A DNA stretch of 64,000 bases. It comes from Patescibacteria group bacterium (GTDB lineage Bacteria; Patescibacteriota; Minisyncoccia; UBA6257; 1-14-0-10-40-38). Under the pieces are notes generated by a model that ran no database searches, was not told where the DNA came from, and saw only the letters and a list, made by a program, of their open reading frames with translations. The stretch covers positions 10,994 to 74,993 of the forward strand of contig JBBTRX010000006.1 of the NCBI GenBank assembly GCA_038064975.1. Direction: 5' to 3'. This document shows positions 17,677-25,838 of the stretch, one piece after another. Each line of letters begins with the position of its first letter. Within the stretch, counting starts at the first letter, position 1. The position numbers and the translations under genes are program-made.

Positions 17677-17747
17677 CTGCGGGGCAGGGACTCGAACCCC
17701 GATACCATGCTCCAGAGGCATGTGTCCTACCATTAGACGACCCCGCA
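17677..17747 (-). tRNA. tRNA-Gln (anticodon CUG)
   Basis: Reverse complement reads UGCGGGG-UC-GUCUAAUGGUAGGAC-A-CAUGC-CUCUGGA-GCAUG-GUAU-CGGGGUUCGAGUCCCUG-CCCCGCA-G. Cloverleaf with U1:A72 and G73 as in bacterial tRNA-Gln. Anticodon loop CU-CUG-GA. CCA not encoded. Confidence 0.85.
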
Positions 17748-17804
17748 TTCAAATAAGAATCTAGAAGCTAATAAGTAGAATCTAGAAGATACAAATAAAC
17801 TCTT

Positions 17805-17866
17805 TAACTGATTAACTCATTATCTGCTTTTAACTGTTCAACTCATCAACTGTCCACTCATTAACC
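17805..17866. repeat. Intergenic repeat family 1 (iterated YAACTNAT units ...TCAACTGTCCACTCATTAAC)
   Basis: Shares the core AACTGTCCACTCAT(C/T)AAC with copies at 7722-7762, 24804-24845 and 31315-31350. Confidence 0.7.
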
Positions 17867-17901
17867 TCCCCAAATGCTTCGCGTGTAGTATACTTAAACT
17901 T

Positions 17902-18369
17902 ATGAGGAAAAACAAACCGATTCTTGTTTGGATTTTTCTTGTTGTTATCCTCGGCGTTGTTGTATTTTTCGCGTGGAAATTGATAAGTCCAAATCAGCGG
18001 AACGTTGCCGCATGGAAAAATGCAGACGTACGCTGCCTTTCAAATCGCGAACCGGTAAGCGGAGGGGATTATTCTGTACTACAAATTCTGGTGGACGGCT
18101 CACCAGAAGCTATTCCGGAACAAATCGGTGTAGCAAAGCGTTGCATGGCGGAACTTTATACGTCGGATATATCGGGAACAATCTATATTGATCCTGCGAC
18201 TCCGGAGAAAACATTTACGCTTGGTCAATTTTTTAAAATTTGGAGAGAGCCGATGGAACGCGAGGGATATAAAATGCATATGACGGTAAACGGACTTCCT
18301 AATACACAATTTGAAAATCTAGTTTTAGAAGACAAACAGCTTATTATTCTGGAATATGACCGAAAATAA
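17902..18369 (+). CDS. Membrane-anchored hypothetical protein at the head of the pilus locus
   Basis: N-terminal TM helix plus ~125-aa extracytoplasmic domain. Overlaps pilB by 14 nt (operon). Confidence 0.45.
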   Translation: MRKNKPILVWIFLVVILGVVVFFAWKLISPNQRNVAAWKNADVRCLSNREPVSGGDYSVLQILVDGSPEAIPEQIGVAKRCMAELYTSDISGTIYIDPATPEKTFTLGQFFKIWREPMEREGYKMHMTVNGLPNTQFENLVLEDKQLIILEYDRK

Positions 18370-19651
18370 TAATCAAAATACGGGGCAGCAGGCAGCGCCG
18401 AACGCGGAAGCTGAAAGCAGTCATCGGCATACGGAGAGTATTGAAGAGATGAAACAGCAATTGGAAGGGAATCCAAACCAGATTTCCGTCATTAAGCTTG
18501 TGGACGCGATTGTTGTTGCAGCTTTTGAAGCTCGTGCTTCGGATATCCACGTTGATCCGGAGGGGGATAAAATCCGCATCCGGTTCAGAATTGACGGCGT
18601 TCTTCACGACAATTTTTCTCTGCCAAAAAATCTGCAATCGGAACTTGTAACGCGCATTAAAATTCTTGCCGGCCTTCGCACGGACGAACATCAAGCCGCG
18701 CAAGACGGAAGGTTTAAGATGCAAGTTCCGGGCCACGACCACTTAGACGTCCGTGTTTCCATCGCGCCCACATACTATGGAGAAAACTGCGTGATGCGCT
18801 TGCTTGCAGAGCAGTCACAGGGGCTTTCGCTGGAATCTCTCGGATATTCTGTAAAAAATCTTGAAATTTTAAACAGCTCGATGCGCCGCCCGTACGGCAT
18901 GATCTTGGCAACGGGACCAACCGGTTCCGGAAAAACGACATCGCTCTATGCGGTGCTTAAAAAATTAAACATCCCGGACGTATCTATCATTACGATTGAA
19001 GACCCAATTGAATACTCCATCGGCGGCATTGACCAAGTGCAGGTGAATACGAGAACCGGACTTACGTTCTCAGACGGACTGCGCTTTATCTTGCGTCAAG
19101 ATCCGAACATTATCATGGTCGGCGAAATTAGAGACGACGACACGGCAAAAATCGCAGTTAACGCCGCGATGACGGGGCACTTAGTGCTCTCCACGCTCCA
19201 CACAAATGACTCTGCGACGACTCTTCCTCGGCTTTTAGACATGGGAGTAGAGCCCTTCCTAATTGCTTCCACAATCAATATTGCGATCGGCCAACGCTTG
19301 GTACGCAAAGTGTGTAATGATTGTAGGGCAGAACGGCAGTTAAAACCGGAAGAGATTGTATCGCTTAAAGGCACGGTGCCGGATAAATATTTAAATCGCG
19401 ACCAGACATTTGTGGTCGGAGTAGGGTGCAAGAAATGTGAAGGAACTGGCTACAAAGGCAGAATCGGTATCCATGAAGTCCTTCAAATTACGGAACCGAT
19501 CCGCAAACTTATTATGCAGAGGGCAACCGCGGCGGAGATTCGGAGAGCCGCAATCGCGGAAGGGATGGTACCCATGTTGGAAGACGGTATTGAAAAAGCG
19601 ATGAGCGGAGTAACTACAATAGAAGAAGTCTTACGTGTATTCCATGAATAA
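18356..19651 (+). CDS. pilB: Type IV pilus assembly ATPase PilB/GspE family (short form lacking N-terminal domains)
   Basis: Walker A (ATGPTGSGKTTSLYA), Asp box, Walker B/His box (VLSTLHTND) and the tetracysteine motif CNDC...CKKCEG specific to PilB/GspE rather than PilT. Confidence 0.85.
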   Translation: MTENNNQNTGQQAAPNAEAESSHRHTESIEEMKQQLEGNPNQISVIKLVDAIVVAAFEARASDIHVDPEGDKIRIRFRIDGVLHDNFSLPKNLQSELVTRIKILAGLRTDEHQAAQDGRFKMQVPGHDHLDVRVSIAPTYYGENCVMRLLAEQSQGLSLESLGYSVKNLEILNSSMRRPYGMILATGPTGSGKTTSLYAVLKKLNIPDVSIITIEDPIEYSIGGIDQVQVNTRTGLTFSDGLRFILRQDPNIIMVGEIRDDDTAKIAVNAAMTGHLVLSTLHTNDSATTLPRLLDMGVEPFLIASTINIAIGQRLVRKVCNDCRAERQLKPEEIVSLKGTVPDKYLNRDQTFVVGVGCKKCEGTGYKGRIGIHEVLQITEPIRKLIMQRATAAEIRRAAIAEGMVPMLEDGIEKAMSGVTTIEEVLRVFHE

Positions 19652-20711
19652 AAAATTTGAAAACATGTTTTTGCACGTTTCGTTGGATGAAAGAATTCTT
19701 TTCACCAAGAATCTTGCGCTTGCGTTAAAATCTGGCATCTCGCTCGTGAATAGCTTGAAGCTGATTGACCGGCAGACAAAAAGCAAATCCTTTAAAAAAG
19801 TTTTAGCATCGCTCATGGAAGACGCGAATCGCGGAGTTTTCCTTTCGGATGGGCTCGTGAAATTCAAAAATATTTTCGGAGATTTATTTATCAACGTCAT
19901 CAAAGTCGCGGAAACAAGCGGTACGTTGCCGGAAAACTTGATTTATCTCGGCAATGAGCTCGGAAAAAAAGCTGAGCTGCGGAAAAAAATCCGCGGTGCG
20001 CTTATCTACCCGATTATTATTTTAATCGCGACAGTCGTCATTGGCGTAACGATGGTGGTCTTTGTATTCCCAAAAATTCTTCCGCTTTTTGAAAATACGG
20101 ACGTCGTACTTCCATTTACCACGCGTACGCTTATTTGGTTCTCCGCAGTCATCTCCTCATACGGCATTTGGATCGGCTTGGGACTCATCGCTCTCTTTAT
20201 CGGGCTTCGTTTCTTACTCAAATTAAAGCCGATAAGATATATCTATGACAGCTCGCTCTTTTATGTTCCTTTTTTGGGAAAATCTATTGTGAACTACAAC
20301 ATTGCGAACTTTACACGTACCTTCGGATTACTCCTTACGAGCGGCGTGCAAATCACAGAAGCATTGAACATCGCAGCGCTTACGCTTACGAATACCGTCT
20401 ATCGGAGCGAGCTGGAAGAAGCGGCGAACGGCGTGCGCAAAGGAGAATTCCTTTCAAAATTTATTACAACGCGCCCTCGCCATTTTCCGATTATCGCTTC
20501 TAACATGATTGAAGTGGGCGAAAACACAGGCAATCTTACTGAAAATTTGAAATATCTTTCCGAGTACTACGAAAACGAAGTTGATGATTTTGTAAAAAAC
20601 TTATCCAGCATCTTAGAACCGATTTTACTCCTCGTTATGGGTGGTATTGTGGGGTTTATCGCGCTTTCATTTATTACGCCGATTTATCAGGTGACACAAA
20701 CGATTAGGTAA
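19635..20711 (+). CDS. pilC: Type IV pilus platform protein PilC/GspF family
   Basis: Two T2SSF-like repeats with three TM segments. Start overlaps the pilB stop. Confidence 0.85.
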   Translation: MYSMNKKFENMFLHVSLDERILFTKNLALALKSGISLVNSLKLIDRQTKSKSFKKVLASLMEDANRGVFLSDGLVKFKNIFGDLFINVIKVAETSGTLPENLIYLGNELGKKAELRKKIRGALIYPIIILIATVVIGVTMVVFVFPKILPLFENTDVVLPFTTRTLIWFSAVISSYGIWIGLGLIALFIGLRFLLKLKPIRYIYDSSLFYVPFLGKSIVNYNIANFTRTFGLLLTSGVQITEALNIAALTLTNTVYRSELEEAANGVRKGEFLSKFITTRPRHFPIIASNMIEVGENTGNLTENLKYLSEYYENEVDDFVKNLSSILEPILLLVMGGIVGFIALSFITPIYQVTQTIR

Positions 20712-20715
20712 AAAT

Positions 20716-20745
20716 AGAATAAGGAATAAAGAATAAGGAATTAAG
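20716..20745. repeat. Intergenic repeat family 2, inverted copy (GAATAAGGAATAAAGAATAAGGAAT)
   Basis: Reverse complement matches the CCTTATTCTTTATTCCTTAT core of 34212-34238. Confidence 0.5.
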
Positions 20746-20851
20746 AATGAAGCAAAAAATACAAATCCTTTATTCTTTATACTTGATTCTTTATACTCGT
20801 TTATTCTTGTGCACAACCCTTCGCACGGAAGGCGGGGTATAATAAGAAGTA

Positions 20852-22651
20852 ATGCGCTTTTCATTTTTGAAACAAAAGCGTGGCGTTACATTGCTTGAAA
20901 CGCTCATTAGCATAACGATACTTTTGATTATCGCTGTTAGCGTGTATCGCGGATTTTCCGCGCTCTTAGATATTCTCGGAGCATCACGTACGCGTATCGC
21001 GGCTGCTCAAGTTGCGAATGAGCAAATAGAAATTATTCGTAATCTTCCGTACGCAAGTGTAGGTACGGTGGGAGGCGCGCCGACAGGAGTTATTACAGCG
21101 CTGGTTACAAAAGAAAAAGGAGGGCTTACGTTTACAATAGAAACAACTATTCGCAATGTGGACGATCCGTTTGACGGATTGCTCGGCGGCTCGCCAAACG
21201 ATCTTTCTCCTGCGGATTACAAACTAATTGAATTAAATATCACATGCGTGTTGTGTGATGACCCCACGACGTTTACATTTACAGGAAGAGCGGCTCCTAA
21301 AGGATTAGAGACGGCAAGCACGAATGGAGCGTTATTCGTTCAAGTAGTGGACGCTAATGGGCAAGCAGTTTCGGGGGCGACTGTTACTATCACAAATACA
21401 ACAGTAGTTCCTAACATCAATATTACTGACGTTACAGATGCAAGCGGATTTTTAAAAATTATTGATGCTCCGCCGGCAGTCCAGTCGTATCGTATTACAG
21501 TAAGCAAATCAGGATATTCTTCGGATCAGACCTACACATCAAGCGTAGCAAATCCTAACCCTACAAAGCCCCATGTTACGGTTGCCATACAGACGGTGAC
21601 TCAAGCGACATTCTCTATAGACCGCGTGAGTACAATTAATGCTTCCAGTCTTACACAAACCTGCGGAGGAGTCGGGAGTTTTGATTTTAGAGTAACGGGG
21701 AGCAAACTTATCGGCACCGCTCCCGATGTTCCAAAATTTAATCAAACGGTTATGACGAACAGTTCAGGACTACTTACATTAAATACTATAGAGTGGGGCA
21801 ATTACGTTATGGATTTCACTCTGGATTCTAATTTAGATGTGTTAGGTACCATCCCGGGGCTTCCGCTTACCGTAAACCCAAATAGTACGCAAGATTTTAA
21901 AATTATTACGGGACCGAAAAATCCACGCGCGCTCGTCGTTACGGTCCGCGACGCGACGAATTCCCAGCCGCTTGCGAACGCAAGCGTAGTTATTGATTCG
22001 GGGCCCTACAGTGCGATAAAGACGACAGGTAAGGGATCTCTCACACAAACGGATTGGTCCGGCGGAGACGGACAATTAGTTTTTGGAAGCGATACGCAAT
22101 ATTTCAGCCAGGACGGAAATATTGTAACCAATAATCCTGTAGGGGACATAACGCTCGCGGAAACGGAGCCGTCCGTATACGCTGCTTCAGGAAACCTTAC
22201 TTCGTCTCTCTTTGATACAGGTTCGCCCAGCAACTTTTTTCATCTCACATGGGAGCCGATAAGCCAACCTGCTGAAACTAACGTGAAATTTCAAATCGCG
22301 AGTGCGACTACGACAACACCATTTGAATGGACGTATCTCGGTCCTGATGGTACGGAAGGCACCTATTACACAACGAGCGGTACTGCTATTGCCGCGGAGC
22401 ATAACGGCGACCAATATATTAGGTACCGTGCATTTTTGGAAACCGCGAGCACAACCTTTACTCCGTCCATTTCCGACGTGGGGATTACGTTCGCTTCCGA
22501 TTGCGTTCCTCCCGGCCAGGCATATTTTGGTGGGCTTGCAATTGATACCTATAATGTAGACGTTACTATTCCGGGCTTCGCTCCGGAAAGCCAGCTCATG
22601 ACAGTAAATAATGATTGGCAGGAATTAGAAGTAATGATGAATCCGCAATAA
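20852..22651 (+). CDS. Giant (599 aa) type IV pilin-like protein with prepilin N-terminal methylation motif
   Basis: KRG|VTLLETLISITILLIIAV is a class III signal (Gly, hydrophobic helix, Glu+5). Followed by ~560 aa of Thr/Ser/Asn-rich beta-type domains. Confidence 0.75.
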   Translation: MRFSFLKQKRGVTLLETLISITILLIIAVSVYRGFSALLDILGASRTRIAAAQVANEQIEIIRNLPYASVGTVGGAPTGVITALVTKEKGGLTFTIETTIRNVDDPFDGLLGGSPNDLSPADYKLIELNITCVLCDDPTTFTFTGRAAPKGLETASTNGALFVQVVDANGQAVSGATVTITNTTVVPNINITDVTDASGFLKIIDAPPAVQSYRITVSKSGYSSDQTYTSSVANPNPTKPHVTVAIQTVTQATFSIDRVSTINASSLTQTCGGVGSFDFRVTGSKLIGTAPDVPKFNQTVMTNSSGLLTLNTIEWGNYVMDFTLDSNLDVLGTIPGLPLTVNPNSTQDFKIITGPKNPRALVVTVRDATNSQPLANASVVIDSGPYSAIKTTGKGSLTQTDWSGGDGQLVFGSDTQYFSQDGNIVTNNPVGDITLAETEPSVYAASGNLTSSLFDTGSPSNFFHLTWEPISQPAETNVKFQIASATTTTPFEWTYLGPDGTEGTYYTTSGTAIAAEHNGDQYIRYRAFLETASTTFTPSISDVGITFASDCVPPGQAYFGGLAIDTYNVDVTIPGFAPESQLMTVNNDWQELEVMMNPQ

Positions 22652-22656
22652 ATGAT

Positions 22657-23328
22657 ATGAAGAAAAAAATATATAATGTTCGTCGCGTTTTGCTAAACCA
22701 CGACATCTTCGTCGCTCTTCGCTCCTCGAAAGGTTTTACGCTGATTGAGTTTTTGATTACATTTGCCGTCATTCTTGCGGTTGGTGGCGGCATTGTCGTA
22801 TTCCAGAGGGATTTATTTGTATTCAATTCATACATTGGAAAATCTCTTTCCATCGGACGGGATGCGGAGCGGGTGGTGCGTGATATCGTGAGAGAAGTTC
22901 GATCTGCTTCCCAATCTAGTATTGGGGCATATCCGATAGAAATTGCGAAAGACAATGAGTTTATTTTCTTTGCCAATATTGATAAAGGGGCAGAGCGCGA
23001 GAGAATTCATTACTATCTTTCCGGCGATGAACTAAAAAGGAGTATTATTTACCCCACCGGTCAGCCGCTTACTTACAGTACAACGACAGGAGCGCAGGAA
23101 AGTGTGCGGACGGTGCTTAGGAATATCATCTCAACTACCACTCCTATTTTTACGTACTATAATAATACCTATGCGGGTACGACGACACCGCTTACCCAAC
23201 CCGTTCCGGTATTAAACATTCGTGTCGTAGGTATCATGATTACTGTTGACGAAGTATTAAATCAACTTCCTCCTCCACTCTCATTTTCCAGTAAAGTTAC
23301 TATTAGAAATTTGAGAGATAATCCGTAA
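22657..23328 (+). CDS. Type IV pilin-like protein with unusually long (about 29 aa) leader
   Basis: SSKG|FTLIEFLITFAVILAV prepilin motif. ATG at 22657 follows the upstream TAA by 5 nt. A shorter TTG-initiated leader is possible. Confidence 0.7.
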   Translation: MKKKIYNVRRVLLNHDIFVALRSSKGFTLIEFLITFAVILAVGGGIVVFQRDLFVFNSYIGKSLSIGRDAERVVRDIVREVRSASQSSIGAYPIEIAKDNEFIFFANIDKGAERERIHYYLSGDELKRSIIYPTGQPLTYSTTTGAQESVRTVLRNIISTTTPIFTYYNNTYAGTTTPLTQPVPVLNIRVVGIMITVDEVLNQLPPPLSFSSKVTIRNLRDNP

Positions 23329-23382
23329 ACCATAACCATGTGTAGTTTCAAAAAAAACAAATTGACGACAAGGAGTGGACAG

Positions 23383-24804
23383 ATGCTTATCCACACCCTT
23401 CTTTTAATGACGCTTTCCGTTGCCTTTCTTACCGTACTTACGAATCTCGCGCTTACTAATATTACGGAAGTTACTCGATCGGTGCAGTCCGAGCAAGCAT
23501 TCCAAATCGCCGAGGCGGGAATTGAATATTATCGGTGGCATTTAGCGCATTCTCCAGAGGACTATACTAACGGTACCGGACTTCCCGGTCCATATGCTGT
23601 TGATTATTATAATCGTGAGGGAAATAAAATTGGGCAATTTATTTTAACTATTACAGCCCCTATTCTTGGTTCAACGGTTACAACAATACGCTCCACCGGC
23701 ATATTAGACGATGCGCCGGGAAGTGCGCGCACTATTGAAGCAAAGATGGGTATTGCATCATTTACAAAATTTGCTGTTGTGGCGAACGACACGATGTACT
23801 TTGGTGTGGGTACGGAAACCTTTGGACTTATTCACTCCAATGGAGGAATTCGTTTTGACGGACTTGCCCATAATTTAATCACGAGCGCCGTTGCGAGCTA
23901 TAACGATCCCGATCACTCGGGACAAGATGAATTTGGCGTTCATACGCATGTTTCGCCCGTTGATCCGCTTCCTCCAGCACAGGTTCCCGAACGACCAGAT
24001 GTCTTCATGGCGGGCAGGCAATTTCCAGTTCCAGCAATTGATTTTGACGGCATTATTGCAGATTTGGCGGAAATAAAATCCGATGCACAAGCAAATGGAA
24101 CTTATTTTCCGGATTCCGGCCAATCTGGTTATGACGTCATTGTAAAAACTAACGATACGTTTGATGTATATCGGGTAAACAGTATCGTTCCAAAACCACA
24201 AGGATGTTCTAACGTTGTAGCGGATAACGACTGGGACACGTGGAGCGTCAATACAAAGACATTTTTAGGTAATTATCCCTTTCCTGCAAACGGACTCATC
24301 TTTTTTGAAGATGATATTTGGGTAAGTGGGCAAATTGATTCCGCACGCATTACGATAGGCGCCGCGCGTTTCCCCGAAACTCCCGGACAGATTAAAAATA
24401 TCAATATCAATAATGATCTTCGGTACACGAATTACGACGGGACTGACGTTATTGGTCTTATCTCCCAAAACGATATCAACGTAGGGTTATATAGTGAAGA
24501 TGATTTACGTATTGACGGTGCTCTCATTTCTAAAAATGAGCGAATCGGGCGCCTGTATTACCGTGCTCCAACGGAAAATAATACCTATTGCGGGCCTGAA
24601 GCCCTGCGGGATACCGTGACCCTTTTTGGCATGTTGGCCACAAATGAACGCTATGGATTCAGCTGGACCTGTGGGGGAGTGTACTGCTCAGGATACGAAA
24701 CCCGTACCATTATTTACGATAATAATTTACTCTTCAGTCCGCCACCCGGATTTCCATTAACGTCTGACCAGTACGAAGTTTTCTCGTGGGAAGAGATCCG
24801 TTGA
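23383..24804 (+). CDS. PilX-like N-terminal domain protein (putative pilus-associated minor component)
   Basis: Start chosen at MLIHTLLL, which has AAGGAG 7 nt upstream. N-terminus (hydrophobic helix then SVQSEQAFQIAEAGIEYY) resembles the PilX_N pattern. Large Asn/Asp-rich C-terminal region. Confidence 0.5.
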   Translation: MLIHTLLLMTLSVAFLTVLTNLALTNITEVTRSVQSEQAFQIAEAGIEYYRWHLAHSPEDYTNGTGLPGPYAVDYYNREGNKIGQFILTITAPILGSTVTTIRSTGILDDAPGSARTIEAKMGIASFTKFAVVANDTMYFGVGTETFGLIHSNGGIRFDGLAHNLITSAVASYNDPDHSGQDEFGVHTHVSPVDPLPPAQVPERPDVFMAGRQFPVPAIDFDGIIADLAEIKSDAQANGTYFPDSGQSGYDVIVKTNDTFDVYRVNSIVPKPQGCSNVVADNDWDTWSVNTKTFLGNYPFPANGLIFFEDDIWVSGQIDSARITIGAARFPETPGQIKNININNDLRYTNYDGTDVIGLISQNDINVGLYSEDDLRIDGALISKNERIGRLYYRAPTENNTYCGPEALRDTVTLFGMLATNERYGFSWTCGGVYCSGYETRTIIYDNNLLFSPPPGFPLTSDQYEVFSWEEIR

Positions 24805-24845
24805 TCAGTTAATCAGTGGACAGTTAATGAGTTGAACAGTTTAAG
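24804..24845. repeat. Intergenic repeat family 1 (inverted orientation)
   Basis: TCAGTTAATCAGTGGACAGTTAATGAGTTGAACAGTTTAAG is the reverse complement of the 17805-17866 core. Confidence 0.7.
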
Positions 24846-24877
24846 AAACGGAGATTGATTTCTTATCGGTCTTAAAA

Positions 24878-24925
24878 TAAAAAAGAGCTCCCTCCCGTAC
24901 ATGATGTACGAAAGGGAGCTTTGTT
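24878..24925. terminator. Nested hairpin terminator (GCTCCCT...CGTACATGATGTACG...AGGGAGC) flanked by A/T runs
   Basis: Lies 3' of the minus-strand GC-rich ORF. Confidence 0.5.
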
Positions 24926-24931
24926 CCTGGG

Positions 24932-25558
24932 CTAGGAGGGCTTGCGAACGCCGGCAAACCACCAGTCGTCGTCCCAGTCGAGGTCGTCGCGGTTGACGAA
25001 CACCCCGCGCCCGTCGTGCCAACGGCCGAACGTGGCGTAGCACCAGTTGCCCTCGGCATCCTTCCAGTGAGTGCCGTGAGGCTTCTCATCCGCGAAGGCG
25101 GGGTCGGCTTCGTTCACGGCGGCGAGGGAGTAGGGGTCGGCGGGATTGAGGCCACGCAGATCGAACTCATGTGCAAGGTCGTCATCGGAGATGAAACCGT
25201 TGCGGTTTGAGAGGTCAGGTTTGAAGAACACAACCTCCACTTCATCGGCCGAGGCCTTAGGCATCGCATCCACGATCTTGCGGTACGTGTACTGCGCGCG
25301 ATGAGTGGCATCGAGCGCCTCTTGTGGAGAGCGGCTGCGATTCACGTTGACCGTACGGACGATGAGATTCGAGATCGCGTGAGTGCAATCGCGGAAGGGA
25401 GCGAACATCATCATTCCAAGATTCGGGATACCGAGAACGTGTTGAGCGACATCCGAGGTGATCTGGGAACGATGCTTGCGCATCGCGTCGCGAAGTTTGT
25501 TCACGGCATTTTCGATCTGGCCGTCAGTCATTTCGGTTGCGGTCATGATCTTCGTCAT
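24932..25558 (-). CDS. Hypothetical protein, strongly GC-rich (about 60-67% by eye); start taken at MTKIM, which has AAAGGA 7 nt upstream
   Basis: Long ORF in a sharply bounded high-GC block. Asp/Trp-rich C-terminus (DDLDWDDDWWFAG). No recognisable domain. Confidence 0.5.
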   Translation of the reverse strand: MTKIMTATEMTDGQIENAVNKLRDAMRKHRSQITSDVAQHVLGIPNLGMMMFAPFRDCTHAISNLIVRTVNVNRSRSPQEALDATHRAQYTYRKIVDAMPKASADEVEVVFFKPDLSNRNGFISDDDLAHEFDLRGLNPADPYSLAAVNEADPAFADEKPHGTHWKDAEGNWCYATFGRWHDGRGVFVNRDDLDWDDDWWFAGVRKPS

Positions 25559-25720
25559 GGCGTCATCCTTTCTTGTTTTCCGTCGGCTGGCGGATTTCCT
25601 CTGCGCCGAGGAGGCACTATGGTCCGATGTGGTCATAGCGAGGAGAGGCCTTTCACTAGGTAGGGAATAAGCCGCTTTTCGCTATGACCATCTAAATTCG
25701 TATCAAAGAGCTATGAACAT

Positions 25721-25750
25721 ATTATAGCATACTTTTATGTATTCTGTCAA
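25721..25750 (-). promoter_or_regulatory. Consensus sigma70-type promoter (TTGACA-18-TATAAT) driving the GC-rich ORF
   Basis: The reverse complement of 25721-25750 reads TTGACAgaatacataaaagtatgcTATAAT. A large inverted repeat follows in the 5' UTR. Confidence 0.5.
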
Positions 25751-25757
25751 TATGCCA

Positions 25758-25797
25758 CAAAAAAGCCGCATCATCTGCGGCCTTCTTGTTGTATATT
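25758..25797 (-). terminator. Intrinsic terminator of the 945-aa surface protein gene
   Basis: Minus strand reads GCCGCAGATGATGCGGC followed by TTTTTT. Confidence 0.55.
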
Positions 25798-25800
25798 TTT

Positions 25801-25827
25801 TTCGCTTTATACTTTATTCCTTATACC
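25801..25827. repeat. Intergenic repeat family 2 (TTCGCTTTATACTTTATTCCTTATACC)
   Basis: Near-identical to 34212-34238 and 53703-53728. Confidence 0.7.
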
Positions 25828-25838
25828 TACTACTTTCC

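Noticed and set aside
17409-17756. 115-aa plus-strand ORF
   Set aside because: Overlaps the tRNA-Gln gene, its terminator hairpin and the 16-nt att-like repeat. No RBS. An artefact of low stop-codon density.
25016-25670. Several overlapping ORFs on both strands inside the high-GC block (25016-25210 +, 25301-25663 +, 25458-25670 +, 24841-25089 -, 25114-25311 -)
   Set aside because: High GC suppresses stop codons in all frames. Only the minus-strand 24932-25558 frame has a promoter, RBS and terminator.
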